A DNA stretch of 62,993 nt, filler included, from Chiloscyllium plagiosum (Eukaryota), in the NCBI RefSeq assembly GCF_004010195.1. It is 4 parts of one record of this genome, joined end to end, with 100 filler letters (N's around TTAATTAATTAA, not from the genome) between each part and the next. Parts side by side here need not be neighbours in the genome. Positions count along the whole stretch, not along the records: positions 33,683 to 52,900 come from NC_057717.1; 3 more parts are not named here. One strand, 5' to 3'. The position numbers were made by a program, and so were the translations under genes. The notes beneath the pieces are model-generated. The model saw only the letters and a program-made list of their open reading frames with translations, did no database searches and was not told the DNA's origin. Below are positions 37,901-50,240 of this stretch, one piece after another. Every line of letters starts with the position of its first letter. Position 1 is the first letter of the stretch.

Positions 37901-40900
37901 ACAGATCAATGCACTGGGGTGGTGTACACAGTCCTAGATATTGGGAGGGTAACTGCACCTGGTTTTCAAATCAGTGCACTGGGGTGGTGTACACAATCCT
38001 AGGAACTGAGAGGGAAACTGCTCCTGGGTTAGGGTGAGGTACACAGTCCTACATGCCGGGAAGGTAACTGCTCCTGTTTTAAAGATCAATGCACTGGTTT
38101 GTGGCACACTTTCCTACATGCTGGGAGGGTAACTGCTCCTGGTTTACAGATCAATGCACTGGGGTGGTGAACACAGTCCTACATGCTGGGAGTGTTACTG
38201 CTCCTGGTTTAAAGATCAATGCACTGGGGTAGGATACACAGTCCTACATGCTGGGAAGGTAACTGCTCCTTTTTTAAAGATCAATGCACTGGTTTGTGGC
38301 ACACTTTCCTACATGCTGGGAGGGTAACTGCTCCTGGTTTACAGATCAATGCACTGGGGTGGTGTACACAGTCCTACATGCTGGGAGTGTTACTGCTCCT
38401 GGTTTAAAGATCAATGCACTGGGGTAGGGTACACAGTCCTACGTGCCGGGAAGGTAACTGCTCTAGTTTTAAAGATCAAAGCACTAGTTTGTGGCACACT
38501 TTCCTACATGCTAGGTGGGTAACTGCTCCTGGTTTCCGGTTCAAGCACTGGGATGGTGTACACAGTCCTACATGCCGGGAGGGTAACTGCTCCTGGGTTA
38601 CAGATAAATGCACTGGGGCGTTGTACACAGTCCTACATGCTGGGAGCGTAACTGCTCTGGCTTCGAGATCAACGCACTGGATTTGGGTACACAGTCCTAC
38701 ATGATGGGAGGGTAACTGCTCCTGGGTTACACATCAATGCAGTGGTGTCATGTATGGAATTCTACTTGCTGGGAGGTTTACAGATCAATGCACTGGGAGT
38801 CTGTACACAGTCCTACATGCTGGGAGAGTAACAGCTCATGGATTATAGATCAATGCAGTAGGGGGTTGTACACAGTCCTACATGCTGGGACAGTAACAGC
38901 TCCTGGTTTACAGATCAATGCACTGGGATGGTGTAAACAGTCCTACACGTTGTGAGGGTAACTGCTCCTGGTATACAGATCAATGCACTGGGGTTATGTA
39001 TGGAATTCTACTTGCTGGGTGGCTTACTGTTCCTGGTTTACAGATCAATGTACGGGGATGGTGTACACAGTCCTACATGCTGAGAGGGTAACTACGCCTG
39101 GGTTACAGATCAATGCACTAGGGTGGAGTACCCAGTCCTACATGCTGGTAGGGCAATTGCTCCTGGTTGACAGATCAATGCACTGGTATGGTGTACACAG
39201 TCTTACATGCTGAGAGAGTAACAGCTCCTTAGTTACAGATCAATGCACTGGGGTGGTGTACACAGTCCTACATGCTGAGAGGGTAACTACGCTTGGGTTA
39301 CAGATCAATGTACTAGTGTGGAGTACCCTGTCCTACATGCTGGGAGGGCAATTGCTCCTGGTTGACAGATCAATGCACTGGTATGGTGTACACAGTCTTA
39401 CATGCTGGGAGAGTAACAGCTCCTGGGTTACAGATCAATGCAATGGGGCGGTGTACAGATATATAGATCAATGCACTGGTGTCATGTATGTAATTCTCCT
39501 TGCTGGGATGGTTATGGCTCCAGGGTTACACATCAATGCACTGGGTGGTATACAGAGTCCTACATGCTGGGAGGGCAACTGCTCCTGATTCACAGATCAA
39601 TGCACTGGGGTGATGTACACATTCCTACATGCTGGGAGAGTAACTGATTCTGGTTCACAGATCAATGCACTGGGGGAGTGTACATAGTCCTACATGCCAG
39701 GACGGTAATTGCTCCTGGTTTGCACATCATTTCACTGGGGTGGCGTACACAGTCCTACATGCTGGGAGGGTAACTGCTCCTGGTATACAGATCAATGCAC
39801 TGGTGTCATGTATGGAATTTTACTTGCTGGGAGGGTTATTGCTCCTGGTTTACAGATCAATGCACTGGGATTGTGTACACAGTCCTACATGCTGGGAGCG
39901 TAACTGCTCCTGGTTTCGAGATCAACGCACTGGGTTTGGGTACACAGTCCTACATGCTGGGAGGGTACCTGCTCCTGGTTTACAGATCAAAGCAATGGTG
40001 TGGTGTACACAGCCCTAACTGCTGGGAGGGTTATTGCTCCTGGTATACAGATCAATGCACTGGGATTGTGTACACAGTCCTACATACTGGGAGAGTAACA
40101 GCTCCTGCTTTACAGATCAATGCCCTGGGATGGTGTACACAGTCCTACATGCTGGGAGCGTAACTGCTCCTGGTTTCGATATCAAGGCACTGGGTGGCGT
40201 ACACAGTCCTACATGCTGGGAGCGTAACTGCTCCTGGTTTCGAGATCAAGGCACTGGGTTTGGGTGCACAGTCCTACATGCTGGGAGGGTAACTGCTTCT
40301 GGTTTACAGATCAAAGCAATGGTGTGGTGTACACAGCCCTACCTGCTGGAAAGGTAACTGCTCCTCGTATACAGAACAATGCACTGGGTTGGTATACACA
40401 GTCCTACATGCTGGGAGGGCAACTGTTCCTGATTCACAGATCAATGCACTGGGGTGATGAACACAGTCCTAAATGCTGGGAGGGTAACTGATCCTGGTAC
40501 ACAGATCAATGCACTGGGGGAGTGTACATAGTCCTACATGTCAGGAGGGTAATTGCTCCTGGTTTGCAAAACAATTCACTGGGGTGGCGTACACAGTCCT
40601 TCACGCTGGAAGGATAACTGCTATTGGGTTACTGATCAATGCTTTGCGGTTGTGTACCCATCTCTACATGTTGGGAGGGGAACAGCTCCTTATTTACACA
40701 TCAAAACACTGGGGTGGTGTACACAGTCCTACATGCTGGGGCAGTAAAAGCTCCTGGTTTACAGATCAATGCACTGGGATGGTGTACACAGTCCTACATG
40801 CTGGGAGGGCAACTGCTCCTGTTTTATACATCAATGCACTGGATTGGTATATACAGTCCTACATGCTGGGAAGGTAACTGCTCCTGGTATATAGATCAAT

Positions 40901-43900
40901 GCACTAGGATTGTGTACACAGTCCTACATGCTGGGAGGGCAACAGCTCCTGGGTTACAGATCAATGCACTGGGGTGATGTACACAGTCCTACATGCTGGG
41001 AGAGTAACTGATCCTGGTTCACAGATCAATGCACTGGGGGAGTGTTTATAGTCCTACATGCCAGAACGGTAACAGCTCCTGGTTTTCAGATCAATGCAAT
41101 GAGGTGGGGTACACAGACCTACATGCTGTGAGGTTAACTGCTGCTGGTTTACTGTTCAATGCACTGGGGTGGTGTACACAGTCCTACACGCTGGGAGAGT
41201 AAATGCTCCTGGTTTACGCATCAATGCACTGGGGTGGTGTACACAGTCCTACATGCTGGGAGCGAAACAGCTCCTGCTTTGGGATGGTGTACACAGTCCT
41301 ACATGCTGGGAGGGTAACTGCTCCTGGGTTTCACATCAATGCACTGTGTTGGTATACACAGTCCTTCATGCTGGGAGGACAACTGCTCCTGATTCACAGA
41401 TCAAATCCCTGAGATGATGTACACAGTCCTACATGCTGGGAGAGTAACTCATCCTGGTTCACAGATCAATGTACTGGGGGAGTGTACATAGTCCTACATG
41501 CCAGGAGGGTAATTGCTCCTGGTTGCACATCAATACACTAGGGTGGCGTACACAGTCCTACAAGCTGGGTGGGTAATTGCTCCTGGTTTACAGATCAAAG
41601 CACTGCGTTGGTGTACACATCACTACATGCCAGGAGGGTAACAGCTCCTGGTTTTCAGATCGATGCAATGGGGTGGTGTACACAGTCATACATGCTGGGA
41701 ATGTAACTGCTACTGATATATAGAGCAATGCACTGGTGTCATGTATGGAATTCTACTTGCTGGGAGGGTTATGGCTCCTGGGTTACACATCAATGCACTG
41801 GGTTTGTGTACACAGTCCTACATGCTGGGAGAGTAACTGATCCTGGTTCACAGATCAATGCACTGGGGGAGTGTACATAGTCCTACATGCCAGGAGGGTA
41901 ATTGCTCCTGGTTTGCACATCAATACACTGGGGTGGCGTACACAGTCCTACATGCTGGATGGGTAACAGCTCCTGGTTTTCAGATCAATGCAATGGGGTG
42001 GTGTACACAGTCCTACATGCTGGGAATGTAATTGCTCCTGGTATATAGAGCAATGCACTGGTGTCATGTATGGAATTCTCTTTGCTGGGAGGGTTATGGC
42101 TCCTGGGTTACACATCAATGCACTGGGGTGGTGTACACAGTCCTACATGCTGGGAGAGTAACTGATCCTGGTTCACAGATCAATGCACTGGGGGAGTGTA
42201 CATAGTCCTTCATGCCAGGAGGGTAATTGCTCCTGGTTTGTACATCAATACACTGGGGTGGCGTACACAGTCCTTCATACTGGGAGGGTAACTGCTCCTG
42301 GGGTACAGATCAATGCACTGGTGTCATGTATGGAATTTTACTTGCTGGGAGGGTTACTGCTCCGGGTTTACAGATCAATGTACTGGGATGGTGTGCACAG
42401 ACCTAATTGCTGAGAGGGTAACTACGCCTGGGTTACAGTTCAAAGCACTAGGGTGGAATACCCAGTCCAACATGCTGATAGGGCAATTGCTCCTGGTTGA
42501 CAGATCAATGCACTGGGATGGTGTACACATTCCTGCATGCTGGGAGGGCAACTGCTCCTGGTTTATACATCAATGCACTGAGGTGGTGTACACACTCGTA
42601 CATACCGGGAGAGGAACTGCTCCTGGTTTACAAATCAATGCACGGTGGCAGTGTGCACAGTCCTACATGCTGAGAGTATAACAGCTCCTGGATTACAGAT
42701 GAATGCACTAGGGTGGTGTACCCAGTCCTAAACGCTGTGAGGGTAACTGCACCTGGGTTACAGATCAATGCACTGGGGGAGTGTACACAGTCCTACATGC
42801 TGGGAGGGTAACTGCTCCTGGTTTACACATCAATGCACTGGGGTGGTGGAGCAGTCCTAGATACTGGGAGGTTAATTGCTCTTGATTTACAGATCAATGC
42901 ACTGTGGTGGGGTACACAGTCGTACATGCTGGGAGGTCAACTGCTCCTGGGTTACAGATCAATGCACTGGGGCGGCGTGCACAGTCCTACATGCTGGGAG
43001 GGTAACTGCTCCGGGATTACAGATCAATGCACTGGGTGGTGTATACAATCCATCATGCTGGGAGTGTTACTGCTCCTGGTTTATAGATCAATGCACTGGG
43101 GTGAGGTACACAGTCCAACATGTCGGGAAGGTAACTGCTCCTGTTTTAAAGGTCAATGCACTTGTTTGTGGTACACTTTCCTACATGCTCGAAGGGTAAC
43201 TGCTCCTGGGTTACAGATCAATGCACTGGGGCGTTGTACGCAGCCCGACATGCTGGGAGCATACTCCTGCTGGTTTCGAGATCAACGCACTGGGTTTGGG
43301 CACACAGTCCTACATGCTGGGAGGGTAACTGCTCCTGGTTTACAGATTAAAGCACTGCGTTGGTGTACACAGCTCTACATGCCGGGAGGGTAACAGGTCC
43401 TGGTTTACAGATCAATGCAATGGCGTGGTGTACACAGTCCTATATGCTGGGAGGGTAACCATTCCTGCTATAAAGATCAATGCACTGGTGCCGTGTATGG
43501 AATTCTACTTGCTGGGAGGGTTAGATAAGATAAGATAAGATAAGGTAAGATACGATTACGTACAGTGTGGAAACAGTCCCTTCGGCCCAACAAGTCCACA
43601 CGGACTCGCCAAAGCGCAATCCACCCATTCCCCTAAATTTACCTCTTTCACCTGACACTACGGGCAATTTAGCATGGCCAGTTCACCTGACCGGCACATC
43701 TTTGGACTGTGGAATGAAACCGCGGCACCCGGAGGAAACCCACGCAGACACGGGGAGAATGTGCAAACTGCACACCGTCAGTCACCTGAGTCGGGAATTG
43801 AACCCAGGTCTCTAGCGCTGTGAGGCAGCAGTGCTAACCACTTATGTAATGCACTGGGGTGGTGTACACAGTCCTAAGTGCTGGGAGGGTAACTGCTCCT

Positions 43901-44810
43901 GAGTTACAGATCAATGCACTGGGGTGGTGTTCACAGTCCGACATGCCGGGAGGGTAACTGCTCCTGGCTTACAGGTCAATGCACTGGGGTGGTATATAGA
44001 CTCTAATATTCTGGGAGGGTAACTGCTGCTGGTTTACACAGCAATGCACTGGGGCGATGTTCACAGGCTTACATGCGGGGAGGGGGTAACTGCTCCTGGT
44101 TTATAGATCAATGCACTGGGGTGGTGTACACAGTCCTACATGCTGGGAGGGTAACTGCTCCTGGTTTAAAGATCAAAGCACTGCGTTGGTGTACACAGCT
44201 CTACATGCCGGGAGGGTAACAGCTCCTGGTTTACAGATCAATGCAGTGGCATGGTGTACACAGCTCTACATGCTGGGAGGGTAACTGTTCCTGGTTTACA
44301 GATCAATGCACTGGTGTCATGTATAGAATTCTACTAGATGGGAGGCTAACTGCTCCTGGTTTACAGATCAATGCACTAGGGTGGAGTACCTTGTCCTACA
44401 TGCTGGGAGGGCATTTGCTCCTGGTTGACAGATCAATGCACTGGTATGGTGTACACAGTCCTACATTCTTGGAGAGCAACAGCTCCTGGGTTACAGATCA
44501 ATGCACTGGGGCGGTGTACACAGTTCTACATGCTGGGACAGTAACTGCTCCTGGTTTACAGATCAATGCGCTGGGATGGTGTACTCAGTCCTACATGCTG
44601 CGAGGGTAACTGCTCCTGGTTGACAGATCAATGCACTGGGGGAGTGCACATAGTCCTGCATGCCAGGAGGGTAATTGCTCCTGTTTTGCACATCAATTCA
44701 CTGGGGTGGTGTACACAGTCCTGCATGCCAGGAGGGTAACTGCTCCAGGTTACAAATTGTTGATCACTGCACAGCTCCCGGTGCTGGGCAGATATCTACT
44801 CCAGGTTTAT
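34930..44810. repeat. 65-bp satellite array (~145 units) with higher-order repeats
   Basis: Consensus CAGATCAATGCACTGGGGTGGTGTACACAGTCCTACATGCTGGGAGGGTAACTGCTCCTGGTTTA, period 65 (35074, 35139). Confidence 0.97.
43522..43842 (-). mobile_element. HE1-type SINE inserted in the satellite
   Basis: (AGATA)n tail, core and head in reverse. Confidence 0.9.
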
Positions 44811-44854
44811 CGATTATTGCATGGGTGTGGTCTCGACTGCTTCTCACACTGATC

Positions 44855-45065
44855 AGGCAGAAGGCTGGAGGAACACAGCATGCCAGGCAGCATCAGGAGG
44901 TGTGGAATTTGACATTTCCGGTGTAATCCTTCTTCAGGACTCCTGCAGAAGCGTTACTCCCGAAACGTCGACTTCTCCACCTCCTGATGCTGCCTGGCTT
45001 GCTGTGTTCTTCCAGCCTCCTGCCTGTCTACATTGGATTCCCGCATCCGCAGGTTTTGTTTTGTC
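44855..45065. mobile_element. Fold-back Penelope terminal fragment with two opposed hammerhead-like cores
   Basis: Inverted arms CAGGCAGCATCAGGAGG / CCTCCTGATGCTGCCTG around 44908-44972. Confidence 0.7.
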
Positions 45066-45199
45066 TCTGTCCCAGCTTCACATACTCGAAAGATGGTTTA
45101 TTGATAAATTGTCTGACATGATCTGTGCAGTGTTCCACTCTGGACAGATTGCTGGATTGTATTGACCATTGCAATGGATGAATCTGTACAGATTGCTGG

Positions 45200-45720
45200 T
45201 TTGTACTGAGCAGTACATTGGCCTGGTCTGCACGGTGTTCCACGGTGAACAGATAGCTCCTCTGGGCTAGTTCTGTGAGGTGGATTGAGAAGGTGGTAAA
45301 TCTAACAATTTCAGCTGATCTGGCAATGCCTTTAGTTCCCATTCCTGTGATTGGACCCTCCGTCTCTCACCCCATTAATGTTACAGTGTGCCCAGGCACA
45401 GTACATCATGTTGGTGAATATCCACTCTCCTGGCAGCAGCCGCAGCCTCTTCATTCAGAAGCAGGCAGCCATTCCCATTGGCCTCGGGTCTCCACGGAGA
45501 AATGAATGATGGCCTTTCAGATAAAGGCTGTCGCGGTGGTACAGGGCTCAAAGCATCCTCCCCCTCACCAAGTCCCACCACAAACCAACCACATCAAAAT
45601 ATCCGGTGAGTACTGAGAGTAATGGGGCCACTGGGAACATTAGGGAGCAGACCATCAGAGAGATGGGGCCACACTTCCCATGTCTGGACAGGTCAGCGTG
45701 AACCGTCCAGTACACATAGT
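45200..45720 (-). pseudogene. Decayed Ig (V)-J-like-C1 remnant
   Basis: GRFTL, GLGEG, LRLL/CQESGYSP, HCNING (W>C), and SYLFTVEH (Y-x-C-x-V-x-H with TGC>TTC). Confidence 0.45.
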
Positions 45721-46394
45721 ATCACTAAGTCCTGTAATCCCTCTCCATCTACGTAATACACAGTCTGTTATTCTCCCTGAAATAAAATCGCAAGTTCACT
45801 GTTATCCACATTATATTCGATCAACCAAGTTGGTGTCTGTTACTTATTCACTTACAGATTTTCTACCTCCCCTTGATAACTTCAGTTTCTCTCGATCTTA
45901 TTGTCAGTTTAAATTTAGCTAGAACATGTTTGTTCCATTTCTGGAAACCATTTGTATAGTTTGCAAATACTTGAGGCTCTAGCACTGGTCACAGTGTCAC
46001 TGCAGTCGTTAATGTGTGTTAAACCGATAGAGACTGATTTCTCCCTAATTTATCCCTGCTCCTGGCTCAGTAACCCGTCCCCCCTCAACACCCCCACCCC
46101 CACCGCCCCCAGTATTCCTGTGTAGCAGCTTTGAAAGGCTGAATGTTCCCTTCCATTTCCTGTGTAACTAGTATGAGAGATTAAAAGATCTGCTCCAGTT
46201 GTTGAGTAAAAGCCTCCAATGGCCTCATTCTGTTCCTGTTTAAAACTCTTGATGGGGTGAATAGCCTGCTTCAGTACAGGTGTAGTTGGGAATGGTGCAG
46301 AACGTTTTGGAACCATCAGTGAACAGCCCACTCCTGACTTTATGGTGGAGGGAAGGCCATTGATGCTGCAGCTGCTGCTAGCCAACAGTGCCTC

Positions 46395-46910
46395 ATGGAT
46401 GGCAGCTTCCATGTGCTTGGTCCTTTAGAAATATGTCCTACTTCACAGGAGGGAGTGCCACATAACACAGTGGGCAGGGTCTACAATATGAGGCTGAGAC
46501 TGTGCCTCCACCAGGACTGTGTGCTGGCTGCTCCTACAGATACTGTCAGGGACAGATCCCTCTGGGACAAGAGGTTTGGTGAGAATGTTTCCCTCTTGTT
46601 GGTTCCCCCATCACTTCCCCCATTCTGGCTGCTGTGTATGTGAGGTCTCTCCCTGCTCAGTCAGTGGGGGGGCCTGTGGGGACACTCTTGGTGATGGACA
46701 TTGAAGTCCCACACCCAGAGGACGGTCTGTGTCCTTATCACCCTCAGTGCTTCCTCTGATTTGTTTCCAACATCGAGCGAACTGAGTTATCACCGGGGGT
46801 AGGGATGGGGGCAAGAGATGACCGTCCTCAGGCGATTTCCTTGACCATCTGTGACCTGTTACCATGATCCTTTCCGGGTTCTGGAATCAATGTTGGGGAA
46901 TTGCAGGGTA
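46395..46910 (+). pseudogene. Decayed Ig V-end / J-like / C1 remnant
   Basis: RYC, SGTR, GENVSLLLVPP..WLLCM*GLS, SSELS..WG, VTCYH, then a G|GTAAC donor at ~46908. Confidence 0.45.
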
Positions 46911-47069
46911 ACTCTTTCTCTGACTGTATCCCAGGGTATCCCCACCACTTGTGGGTCTGTCCTGCCGGTGGGACAGGATATACCAAGGGATGGTGATAGG
47001 GGCTTCATGAAACATTACCGATCAGGCCTGATCCCATGATTACAACTGTGTCAGACTGTTTCCTGACTG

Positions 47070-47167
47070 GGAGTGTGATGCTGGAAAAGCACAGCAGGTC
47101 AGGCAGCAGCCGAGAAGCAGGGGAATGAACGTTTCGGGCATAATCCCTTTATCAGGATGAGGCTTTT
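47070..47167 (-). mobile_element. Penelope terminal fragment
   Basis: Same terminal motif; minus CCTGATAAAGGGATTATGCCCGAAACG. Confidence 0.7.
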
Positions 47168-49781
47168 NNNNNNNNNNNNNNNNNNNNNNNNNNNNNNNNN
47201 NNNNNNNNNNNNNNNNNNNNNNNNNNNNNNNNNNNNNNNNNNNNNNNNNNNNNNNNNNNNNNNNNNNNNNNNNNNNNNNNNNNNNNNNNNNNNNNNNNNN
47301 NNNNNNNNNNNNNNNNNNNNNNNNNNNNNNNNNNNNNNNNNNNNNNNNNNNNNNNNNNNNNNNNNNNNNNNNNNNNNNNNNNNNNNNNNNNNNNNNNNNN
47401 NNNNNNNNNNNNNNNNNNNNNNNNNNNNNNNNNNNNNNNNNNNNNNNNNNNNNNNNNNNNNNNNNNNNNNNNNNNNNNNNNNNNNNNNNNNNNNNNNNNN
47501 NNNNNNNNNNNNNNNNNNNNNNNNNNNNNNNNNNNNNNNNNNNNNNNNNNNNNNNNNNNNNNNNNNNNNNNNNNNNNNNNNNNNNNNNNNNNNNNNNNNN
47601 NNNNNNNNNNNNNNNNNNNNNNNNNNNNNNNNNNNNNNNNNNNNNNNNNNNNNNNNNNNNNNNNNNNCTGAATCCCTGATCGTTTACACACTTTAGCACC
47701 ACGATTACAGTGGCGTGGGGGTGGGGGATCTGGGTGGGGGTGCAACGGAGATTGACAACAACAAAAATGGGAGTTGACGTTTTGGATAGAGTGATCCTTA
47801 GTCAAAACTCGTATCGGAGGATATTACATCACTTTAACATCACAGAGACTGCCAGACTGCCAGACCTGCCAGATACACACACGAATACAGACACATAGAG
47901 GCACTCACTATACATTGACAGTAATACAAAAATGGAGAGTGTGTCAATATTTTACTCGCTCTGTCTGGTGTGTCAGTATTTTTGGGTGGAGTGTGACTAT
48001 AGGACGATTTCACTATTTGCAGATACCAAAGCTGAGAGAATTGTAAAGTTTGTTGAGGACGGTATGGAACTCCAACAGGAAAGTTATATGTTGGTGACTC
48101 CAACAGGAAAGTTATATGTTGGTGTAGTGTTCAGGTGTATGGCAGATGAGGATCAAAGCAGCGTAGTGTAAGGTGATGCTCTTTAGTAGGAAGGACGTTG
48201 AAGGACAATATAAAACAGGTTGTACCGTAATAAAGGAGGTGCAGGAACAAAGGGACCAGATTATTGAAATGTCAGGACAAGTGGGGAGAGCAGTAAATCT
48301 CACAGATTAGTTTCAGCATCTGAGATGTTTACAGGGGGAGGTGGAGAAAGGAGCCTCCATGCTCCTTTCCTGGGATGTGATGGAGACGCTGTGAGTGAGC
48401 CCACCCTCCTACCCATCGAGATCGTGGGGATTCCATTTGTACCAGCTCGACACAAAAGAGAGACGGCATCAGGGCCACGGCTTCTAAGTTGTGCCAGGGG
48501 AAACGGAGCTTCCAGTGGGTTTAAAGTGAGAATTGTCCTTCACTGAACATTGCTTCTTACTCTGTTGCTGGGATGTAGATAGTTCAGAATCTCCACACGA
48601 GGCGTCCCAGTCCTATCCGGCTCGTATCAGAGTCCTCCACACATGGCAGGGGGAGGGGGTGAGGGAAAGGATATTGGGCACTCCACCACCCGGCTTGGCC
48701 CTTTCTGTCCAATTCCATGCTGTTTCTCCTGAAATGAGAGCAAGGGAGTGGGTGTGTGTGTGTGTGTCAGATATACAGTGAGTGTGAGGGAGCAGAGAGA
48801 ATGCGGTGAGCCTTATCCTGACAGAGCGGGGAATGTTATTGATGCTTGTCCTGTATTGCTGGACATTTCTTCAGACCACAGATACTGCACTGAGCTGGGT
48901 GGTGAGCTCAGACTATGCTAGGTGGGTCTTTAAGTGTGACCCTCTCTGGGAAGAGAATGGTCCTCCTCTGGACTACCCATCCACAAGGACTTCCGTGCCT
49001 CTGTCGACAAACCGTGGTGTAATTGACCCTTATCTGCCATGGTCGGGGTAAACTGTACAGACCAGCTCCAAAATAAAAAGAAAATAAACTTAACTGTGTG
49101 TCCACTGGCCTTTTAAAGATGGCACCAATGCTAGGGATCACATAATATCCAGGGGCATCAGTGCGATGGTGAGTACCTCCAGCCGTAATGGGTTGGAGAA
49201 TACTCTGGCATTTAATAAGAGGGACACCATGGGGTGGGGTAGGTATTAATGAGGTGAGTTCGATAAGATAGCACCAGGAAACTACCTCAGCCTCGTGCAG
49301 ACAATCCTTCTGTCACACTCAATGAAAATGGCATTGAGATAAATTATTGTTCATTGTTGACCCCAATCCCAGTTACAACGCTGCAGCTGCTTGACCAATG
49401 TTCTCCATCAGAGAAGGAGCTAAACGTCACCTGCTCCTTGGAAAAGATGGCAGGGCAGGAGATTGAGGTATCAGTGGAGAAGCACTTTGGGACACATAAT
49501 CATAATTCTATCAGTTTTAAAATAGAGATGGAAAAGGATGAACTGGGTCTAAAAGATAATGTTCTAAATTGGAGGAAAGCCAATTTTGATGATATTCACA
49601 AGAACTTCCAAACTGGATTGGAACAGATATTGGCAGTTACGGGGTCAACTGAGAAGAGGGAGGCCTTCAAAAATGGGATATCAAAATCACAGGGACAGTC
49701 TGTTGCTGGTAGAGTGAAGGGTAAGGCTGGTAGGTGTAAGGAGTGCTGGAGGACGGGAGAAATTGAGTGTATGGACACGGA

Positions 49782-49940
49782 GCTGAAAATGTGTTGCTGG
49801 AAAAGCGCAGCAGGTCAGGCAGCATCCAGGGAACAGGAGAATCGACGTTTCGGGCATAAGCCCTTCTAATGACCTGCTGCGCTTTTCCAGCAACACATTT
49901 TCAGCTCTGATCTCCAGCATCTGCAGACCTCACTTTCTCC
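49782..49940. mobile_element. Fold-back Penelope terminal insertion with a 14-bp TSD
   Basis: Inverted arms flanked by TGTATGGACACGGA at 49768-49781 and 49941-49954. Confidence 0.85.
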
Positions 49941-49994
49941 TGTATGGACACGGATAAGAGGGAAGCAAATATCAGGTAGGGAGAGCAGGAGTCA

Positions 49995-50240
49995 ACATTT
50001 TTTCTGTACTCATTCACGGGATGAGGGTACCACTGGTTGGGTCTGCATTCATTACCCATCACTAATTGCCCAGAGGGCTGTTACGAGTCAAACAAAATGT
50101 TGTCAGTCTGGAGTCACATGTAATCCAGGACATGTAAAGATGGCAACTTGCTTCCTTCAAGGCCATCAGCGAACCTGAGGGATTTTCCCAAAAATGGGAA
50201 ATGGATTCATCATCGTCATTTGGCTCCTAATTCCAGATTT
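49995..50240 (-). mobile_element. SINE fragment (possibly Deu-core type) inserted in CR1
   Basis: GGAGTCACATGT...TAAAGATGGCAACTTGCTTCCTTCAAGGCCATCAGCGAACC resembles the shark Deu-core SINE. Confidence 0.45.

Noticed and set aside
34930..44810. Many repetitive ORFs (MHWGGVHSPTCW...) and a CRISPR-like look
   Set aside because: The 65-bp period is not a multiple of 3, frames are riddled with stops, there are no unique spacers or cas genes, and the context is eukaryotic.
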